From Candidatus Doudnabacteria bacterium RIFCSPHIGHO2_01_FULL_46_14 (GTDB lineage: Bacteria; Patescibacteriota; Doudnabacteria; UBA920; 2-01-FULL-46-14), in contig MFEK01000016.1 in assembly GCA_001779925.1 (NCBI GenBank), positions 142,504 to 206,503 on the forward strand: a DNA stretch of 64,000 nucleotides, in the 5' to 3' direction. The translations under genes were made by a program, and so were the position numbers. Numbering within the stretch: the stretch's first letter is position 1; each line of letters starts with the position of its first letter. Positions 1 through 8,638 of the stretch are shown in pieces. Under the pieces are notes generated by a model. That model was not told the DNA's origin. It was given only the letters and a program-made list of their open reading frames with translations, and made no database searches.

Positions 1-48
1 TTTAGAATACTGATTATTGAAGCTAGAATATGGAATGAGAGACAAGAC

Positions 49-95
49 CTCCTCTTTCTTCTCCCCCTCGTGTGAGGGAGAATAAGAGGGGGTTA
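49..95. repeat. GC-rich palindromic repeat (subtype TCTCCCCCTCGTG..AGGGGGAGA..AGAGGGGGTT). Lies in the recF 5' leader and supplies its RBS
   Basis: Inverted C-tract/G-tract arms. Near-identical copies at 2381-2422 and 29061-29097. Confidence 0.7.
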
Positions 96-101
96 TAGTT
101 T

Positions 102-1271
102 ATGCACATAAATAAAGTTAGTTTTCAAAATTTCCGCAACTTTGGCAGACTGGAATTAAAATTTAATCCTGGTTTTATCGTGCTTGCCGGGCCAAACGGC
201 ATGGGTAAAACAAATTTTTTGGAAGGGCTTTATTGGGGGGCGGTCCTGCGGCGCTTTCCAGGAACAAAACTTGGCCAGCTAATGCGCGACAATGAACTAT
301 TTTACAAAATAAATTTACAGTTTCATTCTAAAGATGAAGAAATATTAGAGATCGTTTCTGAAAGAGAGGGAGAGAAATATTCGGCCCAAGGCCGACCAGC
401 CTCGGGCTGGAAATTTACCTACAGATACAATAACCTCGCTGTGCCGCGCGCGAAATTTGCCGGTCATCTGCCAGTGATTAGCTTTTTGCCGGAAGATTTG
501 AACCTGCTCGGGCACTCACCTGCTGGACGCAGAAGATATTTAAATGAAACCCTCTCTACTACCTCTGCGGAATATCGCCGCAATCTATCAGAGTATGAAA
601 AAACTCTCAAACAGCGAAACGAGCTCCTGCAAAATCTCGAGTCAGAATCAAACAGCGGACAGGACGAGATCTGGAACGAGCGGCTGGCAGAGTACGGCAG
701 TTTGATCATCGCGGAGCGCCAAAAGTTTTTAGAATTCGTAAAAGAAAGATTCGAGGCGGCAACCACAGCGCTGTCGCCAGAATTAACCGGAAGCATGATT
801 GATTATCGTTTTTCCGGAAGCCCTGACAGGCAAGGATTTCTGGCAGAAATCAGCGGGCTGGGAGCGCGTGAAAAAGAAGCTCATGGAACTTTAATCGGCC
901 CGCATAAAGATGATTTTCGCCTCTCCTGGCTTGACCGCGAGGTGATTGGTTATGTGTCGCGCGGCCAGCTCAGAAGCTATACTTTGGCCCTAAAAATCCT
1001 GGAGCGGGAATACATAAAAGACAAGCTCTCTGCCCAGCCGGTCATGCTTCTCGACGATGTGTTTTCCGAATTTGACGAGGCTCACCAGCGCGCGCTTATT
1101 GATTTCCTGCAAACTTTTGACCAGGTATTTTTGACCACAGCACATTTGAAAGAAGTCCAACCCTTTCTCCCGGTAAATTCACAAGTGTACAATGTAAATG
1201 ACGGTACTATTATTCCCTCTCCGTTTCCGCATTTCCCTCCCCTTGAGGGGGAGGGATTAAGGGAGGGGTGA
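102..1271 (+). CDS. recF: DNA replication and repair protein RecF. The C-terminal ~20 aa are read through a GC-rich repeat copy
   Basis: Walker A GPNGMGKTNFLEGL. MHINKVSFQNFRNF N-terminus typical of RecF. SMC-like C-terminal motifs. Tail PLEGEGLREG encoded by repeat 1221-1270. Confidence 0.9.
   Translation: MHINKVSFQNFRNFGRLELKFNPGFIVLAGPNGMGKTNFLEGLYWGAVLRRFPGTKLGQLMRDNELFYKINLQFHSKDEEILEIVSEREGEKYSAQGRPASGWKFTYRYNNLAVPRAKFAGHLPVISFLPEDLNLLGHSPAGRRRYLNETLSTTSAEYRRNLSEYEKTLKQRNELLQNLESESNSGQDEIWNERLAEYGSLIIAERQKFLEFVKERFEAATTALSPELTGSMIDYRFSGSPDRQGFLAEISGLGAREKEAHGTLIGPHKDDFRLSWLDREVIGYVSRGQLRSYTLALKILEREYIKDKLSAQPVMLLDDVFSEFDEAHQRALIDFLQTFDQVFLTTAHLKEVQPFLPVNSQVYNVNDGTIIPSPFPHFPPLEGEGLREG
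1221..1270. repeat. GC-rich palindromic repeat (CCCTCCCCTTGAGGGGGAGGGATTAAGGGAGGGGTG)
   Basis: Near-identical copy at 1569-1613. The two copies bracket the DUF721 gene. Confidence 0.8.
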
Positions 1272-1278
1272 AAAATTT

Positions 1279-1566
1279 ATGTTCAACAGCCTCAGCAAAC
1301 TCCTTGGCGATAAATTTTCCCGCAAGGACGATCTCTCAAAGCAAATCGAGATCGTCAAGGTTTTTGACGTGTACCGCGAGGAAATGAAAAACCTCTTCCC
1401 CGAAGAAGAGATTACTGTGGTGAGCCTGAAAGACAAAACTCTTTTGATTCAGCTTAATAACTCTGTCCTGGCAAATGAACTGCGTCTGCGCGAATGGAAC
1501 ATCATCTCCAAAATCAACGCCACCATGAGCAAAGAGGTGGTAAAGAAAATTATTTATCGCTTCTAG
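1279..1566 (+). CDS. DUF721 (DciA/YaaB-like) small protein, in the position downstream of recF that is conserved across bacteria
   Basis: 95-aa basic protein immediately after recF, as in the dnaN-recF-DUF721-gyrB neighbourhood. Product assigned from position and size. Confidence 0.55.
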   Translation: MFNSLSKLLGDKFSRKDDLSKQIEIVKVFDVYREEMKNLFPEEEITVVSLKDKTLLIQLNNSVLANELRLREWNIISKINATMSKEVVKKIIYRF

Positions 1567-2371
1567 TTCCCGTTTTTCCCTCCCCTTGAGGGGGAGGGAT
1601 TAAGGGAGGGGTGATGGATTCGTAGACGTATTCAAACAGTTTTTTCATAGTCTTCGCGATATTATTGTCTTCAATGATAACCGCGATTGGTTCTTTTTCT
1701 GAGAAAGACATGATCGCGGTTTTATTATCATAGACATCTATTTCTGTATCAAACGCGAATTGCTCAGGAATCAATTTCGTCTCTCGCAGGAGTTCTTTAT
1801 CGCGTGTCTGGCTTTTGCGCGACCATTCGGTGTCCGGCGCAATATCTAAACATTTGATTCCGCTTCTCGCGCGTTTTTGCAGATAATATTCTACCCACTC
1901 GTGCGGCATTTCGCGAAAGATCGCATCCGTACCGGTAAAATCGCGCAGGGTTTTTTCCTCGTTATTTATCAGTGTGTCTTCGTAGGCTTGTTTGATCCCC
2001 TCGATTCCTTCAAAAAACTGAATCCGCGGAAAAACGCTTTTTTGCCGGCGCAGGCGGGAAAGCTGCGGTAGAATGGATTTGATTTCTTTTTTTGTTTCGG
2101 AAAGATTTGATTCCAGCCGCTCTACATAGTTAATCAGGTGAGCTGGCTCAATTGACTGAAACATAAGCACGCCCTTTTCTTTGGTCTGAGACACGAGCCC
2201 GCGGTTCATGAGGGTTTTTAAAATTCCGTAAGCCGTGGTCCGGTTGATCTTGGCAAATTTCGCAATATCACGCACCCGCAGTTTTCCCTCCTCCAAAAGG
2301 AGAATAAGCACTGCGGTTTCTTTTTGATCGAGATTGAGGCTTTGGAGAATTTTATGAAGTTCAGCAATCAT
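1550..2371 (-). CDS. TrmB-family transcriptional regulator (paralog 1)
   Basis: N-terminal wHTH LRVRDIAKFAKINRTTAYGILKTLMNRGLV typical of TrmB. The C-terminal tail PPQGEGKTGT is encoded by a repeat. Confidence 0.8.
   Translation of the reverse strand: MIAELHKILQSLNLDQKETAVLILLLEEGKLRVRDIAKFAKINRTTAYGILKTLMNRGLVSQTKEKGVLMFQSIEPAHLINYVERLESNLSETKKEIKSILPQLSRLRRQKSVFPRIQFFEGIEGIKQAYEDTLINNEEKTLRDFTGTDAIFREMPHEWVEYYLQKRARSGIKCLDIAPDTEWSRKSQTRDKELLRETKLIPEQFAFDTEIDVYDNKTAIMSFSEKEPIAVIIEDNNIAKTMKKLFEYVYESITPPLIPPPQGEGKTGTRSDK
1569..1613. repeat. GC-rich palindromic repeat, second copy bracketing the DUF721 gene. It also encodes the C-terminal tail of the minus-strand TrmB regulator
   Basis: 36/36 identity of core with 1235-1270. 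Confidence 0.8.
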
Positions 2372-2380
2372 GTTCAGCTA

Positions 2381-2422
2381 TTTTCTCCCCCTCGTGAGGG
2401 GGAGATGAAGAGGGGGTTAATT
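2381..2422. repeat. GC-rich palindromic repeat in the 5'UTR of TrmB paralog 1
   Basis: TCTCCCCCTCGTGAGGGGGAGA is a perfect 9-bp-arm palindrome. Same subtype as 49-95. Confidence 0.7.
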
Positions 2423-2444
2423 AAATTAGTGAATATATAAGGCT

Positions 2445-2473
2445 ATTATACACCTGTTGTCGAAAAATGTCAA
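2445..2473 (-). promoter_or_regulatory. Near-consensus sigma70 promoter for TrmB paralog 1 (TTGACA-N17-TATAAT on the minus strand). An ~40-bp block here is conserved with the paralog 2 promoter
   Basis: Reverse complement reads TTGACAtttttcgacaacaggtgTATAAT. The motif TGTTGTCGAAAnAAnGTCAACA plus GGCTAAA is shared with 25335-25375. Confidence 0.6.
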
Positions 2474-2576
2474 CAATAGGGCTAAACCATTGACTTTTAA
2501 CCTCTTTTAATATAAGCTATAAGGTGTTTAAATTTCTAAACATAATAGCAATTTAACAATTTGAGCGGAGGAGCAC

Positions 2577-3302
2577 ATGAGTCACTTAGCAAAAGCCCAA
2601 CAGTATGTGAAAGAGATGTTTGAAGTTTGGAAAGATGATACTACAGGAAAAAGAATGAGCAGAGGGGAAAGCTGGGTCATCGGAGAGGCGATAGGTTATT
2701 TTGTACTAGGCTTTCGGGAATATCCGGCTGAGTTACTCAGTCTGACGCTGGAAATTTTGGTGAAGAATGGTGTTGATTCGCGTTATTGCCGGTGGCTCCT
2801 TGATTACGTACAGAATGGTCCATTGTTTTTCCCTGAAATCTTTGATTGGGATTCAATCGCAAAATTTGAGGACCGCCTCGCAGCACATTGGCCGTGTACC
2901 AGTCCAGCGCGCTATGTCTTTGCCCAGGAGTATTGGCTTGCCAACAGCGAAATCCAGACTGATCCATCGAGAACAATTTCCGCTCTTCACCTGAACAGTA
3001 TTGTCGGATCCATGACCACCAAGGAAGAGAAGATGTGGTACTCAGAATATTTCCACGGCGAGCACTTTCTGCTTCCTTATCCTCAGGGGATTGCTTCTAG
3101 ACTTCAGGATTTAATCCAAAGCGTGAACAAGCTGACTACGGACATAAAATCCCAAACTGCTGATCTCGCAGTTGTGACTATTCTCGTCCGGCAGAAGCGG
3201 GAAGCTGATAAAGCTTTTCTGGAAACCGTATACTACAACATCGCAAAGCCATTTCTCCGCGGAGAATCATTCCCCTACCCAGGAAGAAAAACAGAAGTTT
3301 GA
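2577..3302 (+). CDS. Hypothetical protein (241 aa), divergent from TrmB paralog 1
   Basis: Long ORF with RBS GGAGG at 2567-2571. No recognisable motif. Confidence 0.5.
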   Translation: MSHLAKAQQYVKEMFEVWKDDTTGKRMSRGESWVIGEAIGYFVLGFREYPAELLSLTLEILVKNGVDSRYCRWLLDYVQNGPLFFPEIFDWDSIAKFEDRLAAHWPCTSPARYVFAQEYWLANSEIQTDPSRTISALHLNSIVGSMTTKEEKMWYSEYFHGEHFLLPYPQGIASRLQDLIQSVNKLTTDIKSQTADLAVVTILVRQKREADKAFLETVYYNIAKPFLRGESFPYPGRKTEV

Positions 3303-3332
3303 CATCTCTCATAGAGAAAGGAGGTGAGAAGG

Positions 3333-3701
3333 ATGATAAACAGGGTGTTTGAATTTACACATCCAGCGCTTCCCGGCGTGTCTGTATTTGCGCTTGGGAC
3401 GGAGACGGAAATCGGAAAGAGGCAGGAGGTGTTGGTTTGTATCCCGCCTAATGGCACTATTCCGCTTCACAAACACAGCGTTGATGCGGAAATGTACATT
3501 GTGCATGGTACTGCGACTTTGCTTTCTGATGATTCGGAGCTGGACGGTGCTGTTGTGGCAACCGGGACTCGTGTATTTTTCCAAAAGTCCATGAACCACG
3601 GCTTCAAGGCTGGTGACAAAGGAATGAAGTTTATTTCCCGTAATAACGGCATAGTGAATGCGGATTCGCAGAAATGGGACATCGAGTTTGCCGCCGTGTA
3701 A
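3333..3701 (+). CDS. Cupin-domain protein
   Basis: Cupin motif PLHKHSVDAEMYIVHG...G. RBS AAGGAGG 8 nt upstream of ATG at 3333. Confidence 0.65.
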   Translation: MINRVFEFTHPALPGVSVFALGTETEIGKRQEVLVCIPPNGTIPLHKHSVDAEMYIVHGTATLLSDDSELDGAVVATGTRVFFQKSMNHGFKAGDKGMKFISRNNGIVNADSQKWDIEFAAV

Positions 3702-3747
3702 AAGGCTGGGGAAAAATCGAAAACGGAGGGAGGTGATAAAAAAGCAA

Positions 3748-3781
3748 GACCGACGAATGAAACATTCGCCGGTCTTTTTGT
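3748..3781. terminator. Bidirectional rho-independent terminator
   Basis: GACCGACGAATG-aaac-CATTCGCCGGTC followed by TTTTTG. Confidence 0.6.
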
Positions 3782-3796
3782 TGCGAGTAGACTTGC

Positions 3797-4495
3797 TTAA
3801 GCAACGAGGTGCAGACGACGCGCAAAGCCGCGGAGTCTGATGAGCGCCCTAGCATTGGAATTCCGAGGTGTAAGGTAATACGTGCGGAATTCAATCAGTG
3901 TCAGTGATGCTGGACAGAAGATTGAGAGATCTTCGGTAAACAACCACCATAGCCAGGTTGTTGCGATAGTTGCTCCCAGATGTAGGAAATGCCAGTCGTC
4001 TTTGACGCCGAGGATAACCGGCCAAGTTTTCATGGCATCATATCTGTCAGCATTCACATCGCGCCAGTCTCCAAGTGCGTTTCTAATTGCAGTCGCTATC
4101 GCAGCGACAACAGAAAACCTGAAATCCGCAAAGGGAGATGTAAGGGCAAACACCTGTGCCCCTCGGAAAAATGGAGAAAGCAGACCCCAGCGCCCATCTT
4201 TCTTGCGAGCATATTGAATGGAACAGCAGAGATACAAGACAATCTCGTTTTGGTGATGGGCGCCAAAGTATGTCCCGCCAATGAGTACACATAAAGCCCA
4301 AGGTAGATCTCCAATCACCGGTTCTCTTCCAGGCTGTTTGTGTCGGGACTCCAGAAATGCGAGGAATCCAACATGCAGCATCACTGCACCAAATATTGGA
4401 CCAAGAGGCGCCGTCGCTGCGAACATCATTAGTATGAGGTCCACGAGCGAGTAAAGCCTGAGCTGGCCTAAATAATTCTTAAGCTTACTTTTCAT
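3797..4495 (-). CDS. Polytopic membrane protein with a UbiA-like Asp-rich motif (divergent or truncated prenyltransferase?)
   Basis: Hydrophobic throughout. Motif NALGDWRDVNADRYDAMKTWPVILG resembles the UbiA first motif NDxxDRxxDxxxKRT..RPLxxG, but its position and the short C-terminus are atypical. Start taken at MKSKL after RBS GGAGG. Confidence 0.4.
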   Translation of the reverse strand: MKSKLKNYLGQLRLYSLVDLILMMFAATAPLGPIFGAVMLHVGFLAFLESRHKQPGREPVIGDLPWALCVLIGGTYFGAHHQNEIVLYLCCSIQYARKKDGRWGLLSPFFRGAQVFALTSPFADFRFSVVAAIATAIRNALGDWRDVNADRYDAMKTWPVILGVKDDWHFLHLGATIATTWLWWLFTEDLSIFCPASLTLIEFRTYYLTPRNSNARALIRLRGFARRLHLVA

Positions 4496-4620
4496 CTCGA
4501 GACCTCCTAAGTCTTTTTGAGTGTTCGAACCTGCAATAGTAATAAAAAATTCCGAAGCTGTCAATGCTTCGGAATAGAAAAGGGCACGGACCTTGAGGTC
4601 GAGTGCCCGATTCAGAGTGG

Positions 4621-5745
4621 TTATTCGACAGTCACCACGAATGCCGTGGTGAAATCATGAGTCTCGTTGTTCGCCGCGGGAGGAATCCCCACGGTAAGGA
4701 AGACAAGCTGTTCGCCGCGGCACGGACCTGTGAGTTCAAACACGCATCTGAGCTGCTCATTGAGGCGGTTCCAGCTTTGACATCCCTTGTCACGAGGTTC
4801 GAGGTCATTACCCTCAATAACTTTGACGTCCTCAAACCCCTCAGCGCGGCAGGTGATCATCATCCATTCGAGTCCAGAGCGGTTAAACTTGAGGTTTGCT
4901 GGCGGGTGGATTTGGACGCCGACGAACAGAGAATCCCCGACCTTGATTTTACTACTTGTGTGGATGACTCCCATTCGTACGGGGCCGACTTTGTCTTGCA
5001 GGCGGGCGTTAGCGTCTTTAATAAATTTCTCATAGCTTACGCTAGATTTCATACCCTGCAAGCGCTTGATCCCGGTGTTCAGAAAAGCTAGGTTTTCCGC
5101 CAGCGCGAATTCATCCATGTGTCGTACGGGGTTGTCGGACTGCAAAGCATCTCGGATAGAGGTGAGGTCGGGAAGCAGAGTGAAGTCTCCTGCCTCATGA
5201 ATGAGTTTGATGCCTCGTTTAGCCAGAAACCAGCTGCCGTCCGAATACGGATGGTCGCCTTGACCTGGATCAATTTCGCCAATGAGCTGCCGGCAGAAGT
5301 TTTGTATATTCTCAATCCGCCAGTAATCGAGATTGAAAATTGATTGCATCAGGACGGAGCTTACCTTGGCAAGCGCAAATTTGCGGTCCCCGAGATTCTC
5401 GTAGCCTTCCAAGGCGATTCGGACGGCCTCCTTCATGGCCCAGAAGCGAATTTCATTGGGTCGCGGGTGGCGGCAGCAGGACAGCAGGAGTCGTTCCGCG
5501 AATTTATTCGGATCGTTGTACATGATCAGGTCCGGCAGTCGGTTGATAATCCAGTTCACGAAATCCTTGTCAGCCGGCCAAGCCCGCGGGCCAGTGTACT
5601 TTTCCATGACCGAAACTGCTGCTTCCCATTCTTCGATTGTTCGGCCTGTATCAAAGGCTAGCTGCGGGTGTTCCTCAGCTGTTTTGATGAAACTGGACAG
5701 TGGATAGGGGCGAGCCAAAAAATGGTGTCTGTTCGAAATGTGCAT
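4621..5745 (-). CDS. Hypothetical protein (374 aa), soluble, with its own promoter and palindromic leader
   Basis: Long ORF with RBS AGAGGG. No recognisable catalytic motif. Confidence 0.5.
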   Translation of the reverse strand: MHISNRHHFLARPYPLSSFIKTAEEHPQLAFDTGRTIEEWEAAVSVMEKYTGPRAWPADKDFVNWIINRLPDLIMYNDPNKFAERLLLSCCRHPRPNEIRFWAMKEAVRIALEGYENLGDRKFALAKVSSVLMQSIFNLDYWRIENIQNFCRQLIGEIDPGQGDHPYSDGSWFLAKRGIKLIHEAGDFTLLPDLTSIRDALQSDNPVRHMDEFALAENLAFLNTGIKRLQGMKSSVSYEKFIKDANARLQDKVGPVRMGVIHTSSKIKVGDSLFVGVQIHPPANLKFNRSGLEWMMITCRAEGFEDVKVIEGNDLEPRDKGCQSWNRLNEQLRCVFELTGPCRGEQLVFLTVGIPPAANNETHDFTTAFVVTVE

Positions 5746-5761
5746 ATACCCTCTTTCGTCC

Positions 5762-5838
5762 GCGCCGGGCGCGGTATTGTGAAATTCCTGTCTGAGACAG
5801 GTAGCATAATTTTAGTCGTTAGAGGCAAGTTGGTCAAC
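5762..5838 (-). promoter_or_regulatory. Promoter (TTGACC-N17-TAAAAT on minus) plus two perfect palindromes (CCGCGCCgGGCGCGG, CCTGTCTgAGACAGG) in the leader of the 374-aa gene
   Basis: Reverse complement of 5810-5838 gives TTGACCaacttgcctctaacgacTAAAAT. Palindromes at 5762-5776 and 5788-5802. Confidence 0.4.
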
Positions 5839-5854
5839 CGATTAACATTCATAA

Positions 5855-5895
5855 AAAAACACGCCTCGGTCTCAAGGAATAAGACCGAGGCGGCG
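5855..5895 (-). terminator. Rho-independent terminator downstream of the flippase gene
   Basis: 11-bp stem CGCCTCGGTCT/AGACCGAGGCG with a T-run on the minus strand. Confidence 0.6.
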
Positions 5896-5990
5896 AATGT
5901 AAATATTGTCAAAGCTTCAATATTTTTTATTATTCCCAAATTAATACAAATGTATAAAATTGGGAATAAATCGAGTATGTGGCTTGGATT

Positions 5991-7412
5991 CTAGTTTGGT
6001 TCGAGGAATAATATCTCGCGGACGAATGAAAGGGGTACGGCTTTGAATAGAATCAGAAGTAATATATATATCGTGCCGCCGAGAGCGATTTCGAGGATCC
6101 ATGGAAGATTTATAAAATAAAAAAACGCAGTCATGCTGAGGATGGCTGGAATTGACTTTGCGAGAATATTGAAAGATAGCCCTTGGCCGCTCTTCTTTTT
6201 TACCAGGTTATAAGCATACAGTGCCACAACCAGTTCCGTTGCGACTGTGCCCCAGGCAGCTCCCCAATACCCAAAGTTCGGAATAAGCGTAAAATATAAA
6301 ACTAATCCCAATATTGCGCCGAGCAGGTAGCCGCGTACCATAGCGCGCTGCTCATTTACTGCCACGACTGCATAACCAAACAGCGTGCCGCAGAAAATAA
6401 TCATGACCGCAATGATGAGGATTTGCAGAAGACCTGCGCTGTCGGCAAAGCCTTGGCCGCGCTCCAGTAGATTGATGATTTCTCGGGCAAAAAATTCAAA
6501 CACAGCAATCACCAGAATGCCCATGAGAAGCAGGGCATCAAAGGATCGCTGCAAAGTTTTCTGAAATTCCGGCCAGCTGACAGAAGCCGTGCGCGAGAGA
6601 ATAGGCATAACCAAACCCACAAACATGGCCGGGAACGAGAGCAGGCCTTCGAGAAGCTTGTAGGGAAGAGAGTAAACTCCGACTGCCTCCTGCGATCTGT
6701 ACCACGAGAGGATGATCGTGTCGGTTTTGAAATATAAAAGGTTCAAAATCACGCTGAATACGAGCGGCCAGGAATCTCGGAGAATTTGTTTCCAAATTGT
6801 AAAATCAAATTCGATTCCGAATCGTTCATATTTGCGGGCCCAGAGAAAGGTCAGCAGAAAAGTGGTGGCATTGCCAAGAATCAGGGCGACTATAAAAACA
6901 GATAGCGGTAAATCGTTTTTGATTGCATAGTAAATTACTGCCAGGTTGACCACTCTGCCTAAAGTTTCGGAAACGACCACGAGATACTGCACTAGGTGTT
7001 TTTGAAAAACACCGATCAGCACCTGATTTAGCGACATAAACAATAATGCAGCAATTCCCACAAACATGGTCTTTTTCACGAGCGGATCATAGGGCAACGC
7101 CTGCGCGATCAGTGCGCCTGTTATCAGGAGTATGAGCGAAGTAGTGAGGCGCAAGCCAAAAATATTGCTGAGAATCTTTTGGTGATCAGTCCCCTCTTTT
7201 GATATTTCCCGCACTCCATAAAGGTACAGACCAAAATCCGCCAGCACTGCGAAAAATCCGAGGTAAGCAGTAATAGTCGAGTATTGCCCAAAGCCATGCT
7301 CTCGCAAATGTTGGGAGAGAACCGCGACTGTTAATAAACCGATAAGCGCGGCGAATATTTTTCCCGCGCTTTGCATGACTGTGTTATAGAAGATTCGGCG
7401 AACCGTGCTCAT
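5991..7412 (-). CDS. Polysaccharide biosynthesis protein / MOP-family flippase (Wzx/MurJ-like)
   Basis: 473 aa, ~12-14 TM helices, typical Wzx-like architecture. Confidence 0.7.
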   Translation of the reverse strand: MSTVRRIFYNTVMQSAGKIFAALIGLLTVAVLSQHLREHGFGQYSTITAYLGFFAVLADFGLYLYGVREISKEGTDHQKILSNIFGLRLTTSLILLITGALIAQALPYDPLVKKTMFVGIAALLFMSLNQVLIGVFQKHLVQYLVVVSETLGRVVNLAVIYYAIKNDLPLSVFIVALILGNATTFLLTFLWARKYERFGIEFDFTIWKQILRDSWPLVFSVILNLLYFKTDTIILSWYRSQEAVGVYSLPYKLLEGLLSFPAMFVGLVMPILSRTASVSWPEFQKTLQRSFDALLLMGILVIAVFEFFAREIINLLERGQGFADSAGLLQILIIAVMIIFCGTLFGYAVVAVNEQRAMVRGYLLGAILGLVLYFTLIPNFGYWGAAWGTVATELVVALYAYNLVKKKSGQGLSFNILAKSIPAILSMTAFFYFINLPWILEIALGGTIYILLLILFKAVPLSFVREILFLEPN

Positions 7413-7858
7413 TGTTTTTGAGCATCACTTGCTTTTTTTGTAAGTACAGAAGAGCTTTGGACTTTCTGTCCACCTACATTATAAATCATTTCAATTCCCA
7501 GCTTGCGGCACAGTTCAACTTCTGGAACAGGGTCCAGGTCTGGTCTTCTATCGCCACCGTTAAAAAAATGAGTTGGTTTAAGTCTTTCTAATTCCTTGCA
7601 GACTGACATATCAGAGGGTTTTGCTTGATGAGAGGTTATAACAACATCATCTACATACTTAGTAGCCCGTAAGACGGCTTCACGTTCCTTTTCAGGCATA
7701 AACGTAAATCCCTTTTTAGCTCGTAGCCAATTATCATTGTTTAAAATTACTAGTAATTTGCCATTATGTGCGTTTGCAAAGTGTTTCGCTTCGCGTAGCA
7801 GGTTGATGTGGCCGACATGCAGGGGATCAAACCCGCCAGAAACCGCGACAATCGTCAT
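7409..7858 (-). CDS. Cytidylyltransferase-like nucleotidyltransferase (HIGH-motif family, RfaE-II/TagD-like)
   Basis: VSGGFDPLHVGHINLL HxGH motif. Start overlaps the flippase stop. Confidence 0.7.
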   Translation of the reverse strand: MTIVAVSGGFDPLHVGHINLLREAKHFANAHNGKLLVILNNDNWLRAKKGFTFMPEKEREAVLRATKYVDDVVITSHQAKPSDMSVCKELERLKPTHFFNGGDRRPDLDPVPEVELCRKLGIEMIYNVGGQKVQSSSVLTKKASDAQKQ

Positions 7859-8424
7859 TGCTTTTGTCCTTTCAATCCCCTTTGCTGGAGCGGTACTTGC
7901 TTGTAAAGATCCAGGACCTGTTTTACTACCGCGTTGGGATCAGGGATATAATCAAATTCAAATCGGGTTTTGGTACCCGCGGTCTGCACATAGACATGGC
8001 CGTAGTTAAAAAGATTCCCCAGGACGCCTTTGATCTCCGAGCTGACATCTTCGATCTGCGCAATATGGATTTCCGTGGTGGAATGGAACAGGAGATTTTT
8101 TTGATCAACGTCTACAAGCCGCTCATTGGTAATGATTTGATAATTTAAGTAGTAAAGAATCCAAATAGTCATGATTCCAGCCATGAGATACATGAGATAA
8201 ACGCTTTTTACAAAATTGGCAATTTTTACGGCCTGCGGCGTGTCCAAAATCGGGAACTCGTTTACGATAAAGCCGTCATAAAAAAATAGGATGCCGACAA
8301 ATATCAGCCAGACAAATATTTCCTTGGCCAGCACCATCCAGTGCTTCCTGGTAACCAGATAAATGCGTTCATCAGGACGCTGTCCGGGGAACAGAAAAGA
8401 TGGGGAGAGAAAATTAAATTTCAT
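7855..8424 (-). CDS. Membrane protein with bacterial PH domain (bPH_2, YdbT-like)
   Basis: Two N-terminal TM helices followed by a ...ITNERLV...GHVYVQTAG... bPH_2-like segment. Confidence 0.5.
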   Translation of the reverse strand: MKFNFLSPSFLFPGQRPDERIYLVTRKHWMVLAKEIFVWLIFVGILFFYDGFIVNEFPILDTPQAVKIANFVKSVYLMYLMAGIMTIWILYYLNYQIITNERLVDVDQKNLLFHSTTEIHIAQIEDVSSEIKGVLGNLFNYGHVYVQTAGTKTRFEFDYIPDPNAVVKQVLDLYKQVPLQQRGLKGQKQ

Positions 8425-8638
8425 AAAGATTGAAATCCGGGAATGATAATGCAGAAAAATTAGCCAAAGCGGCCGCGTAAAGCGTGGTCATGATAATGGC
8501 GTAAAGCGCGCACACAGTGAGGCTGAGGATTTTTGATTTTCCGTAGTGAAGCAAAATATAGACCATAACCAGGCTATAAATCGCATGAATGCCCAGGAGG
8601 ATGTAAAAGACAGTTTGGACGATCAGTTTGATGATCAT
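8414..8638 (-). CDS. Small membrane protein (74 aa)
   Basis: Two hydrophobic helices. Overlaps neighbours by a few nt, as in operons. Confidence 0.35.
   Translation of the reverse strand: MIIKLIVQTVFYILLGIHAIYSLVMVYILLHYGKSKILSLTVCALYAIIMTTLYAAALANFSALSFPDFNLYEI

Noticed and set aside
464-796. 110-aa minus-strand ORF inside recF
   Set aside because: Antisense to a confidently identified gene, with no RBS or motif.
4621-5745. 374-aa protein as a class I terpene synthase partnering the UbiA-like protein
   Set aside because: No DDxxD motif. The NDPNKFAE segment does not fit the (N/D)DxxSxxxE spacing.
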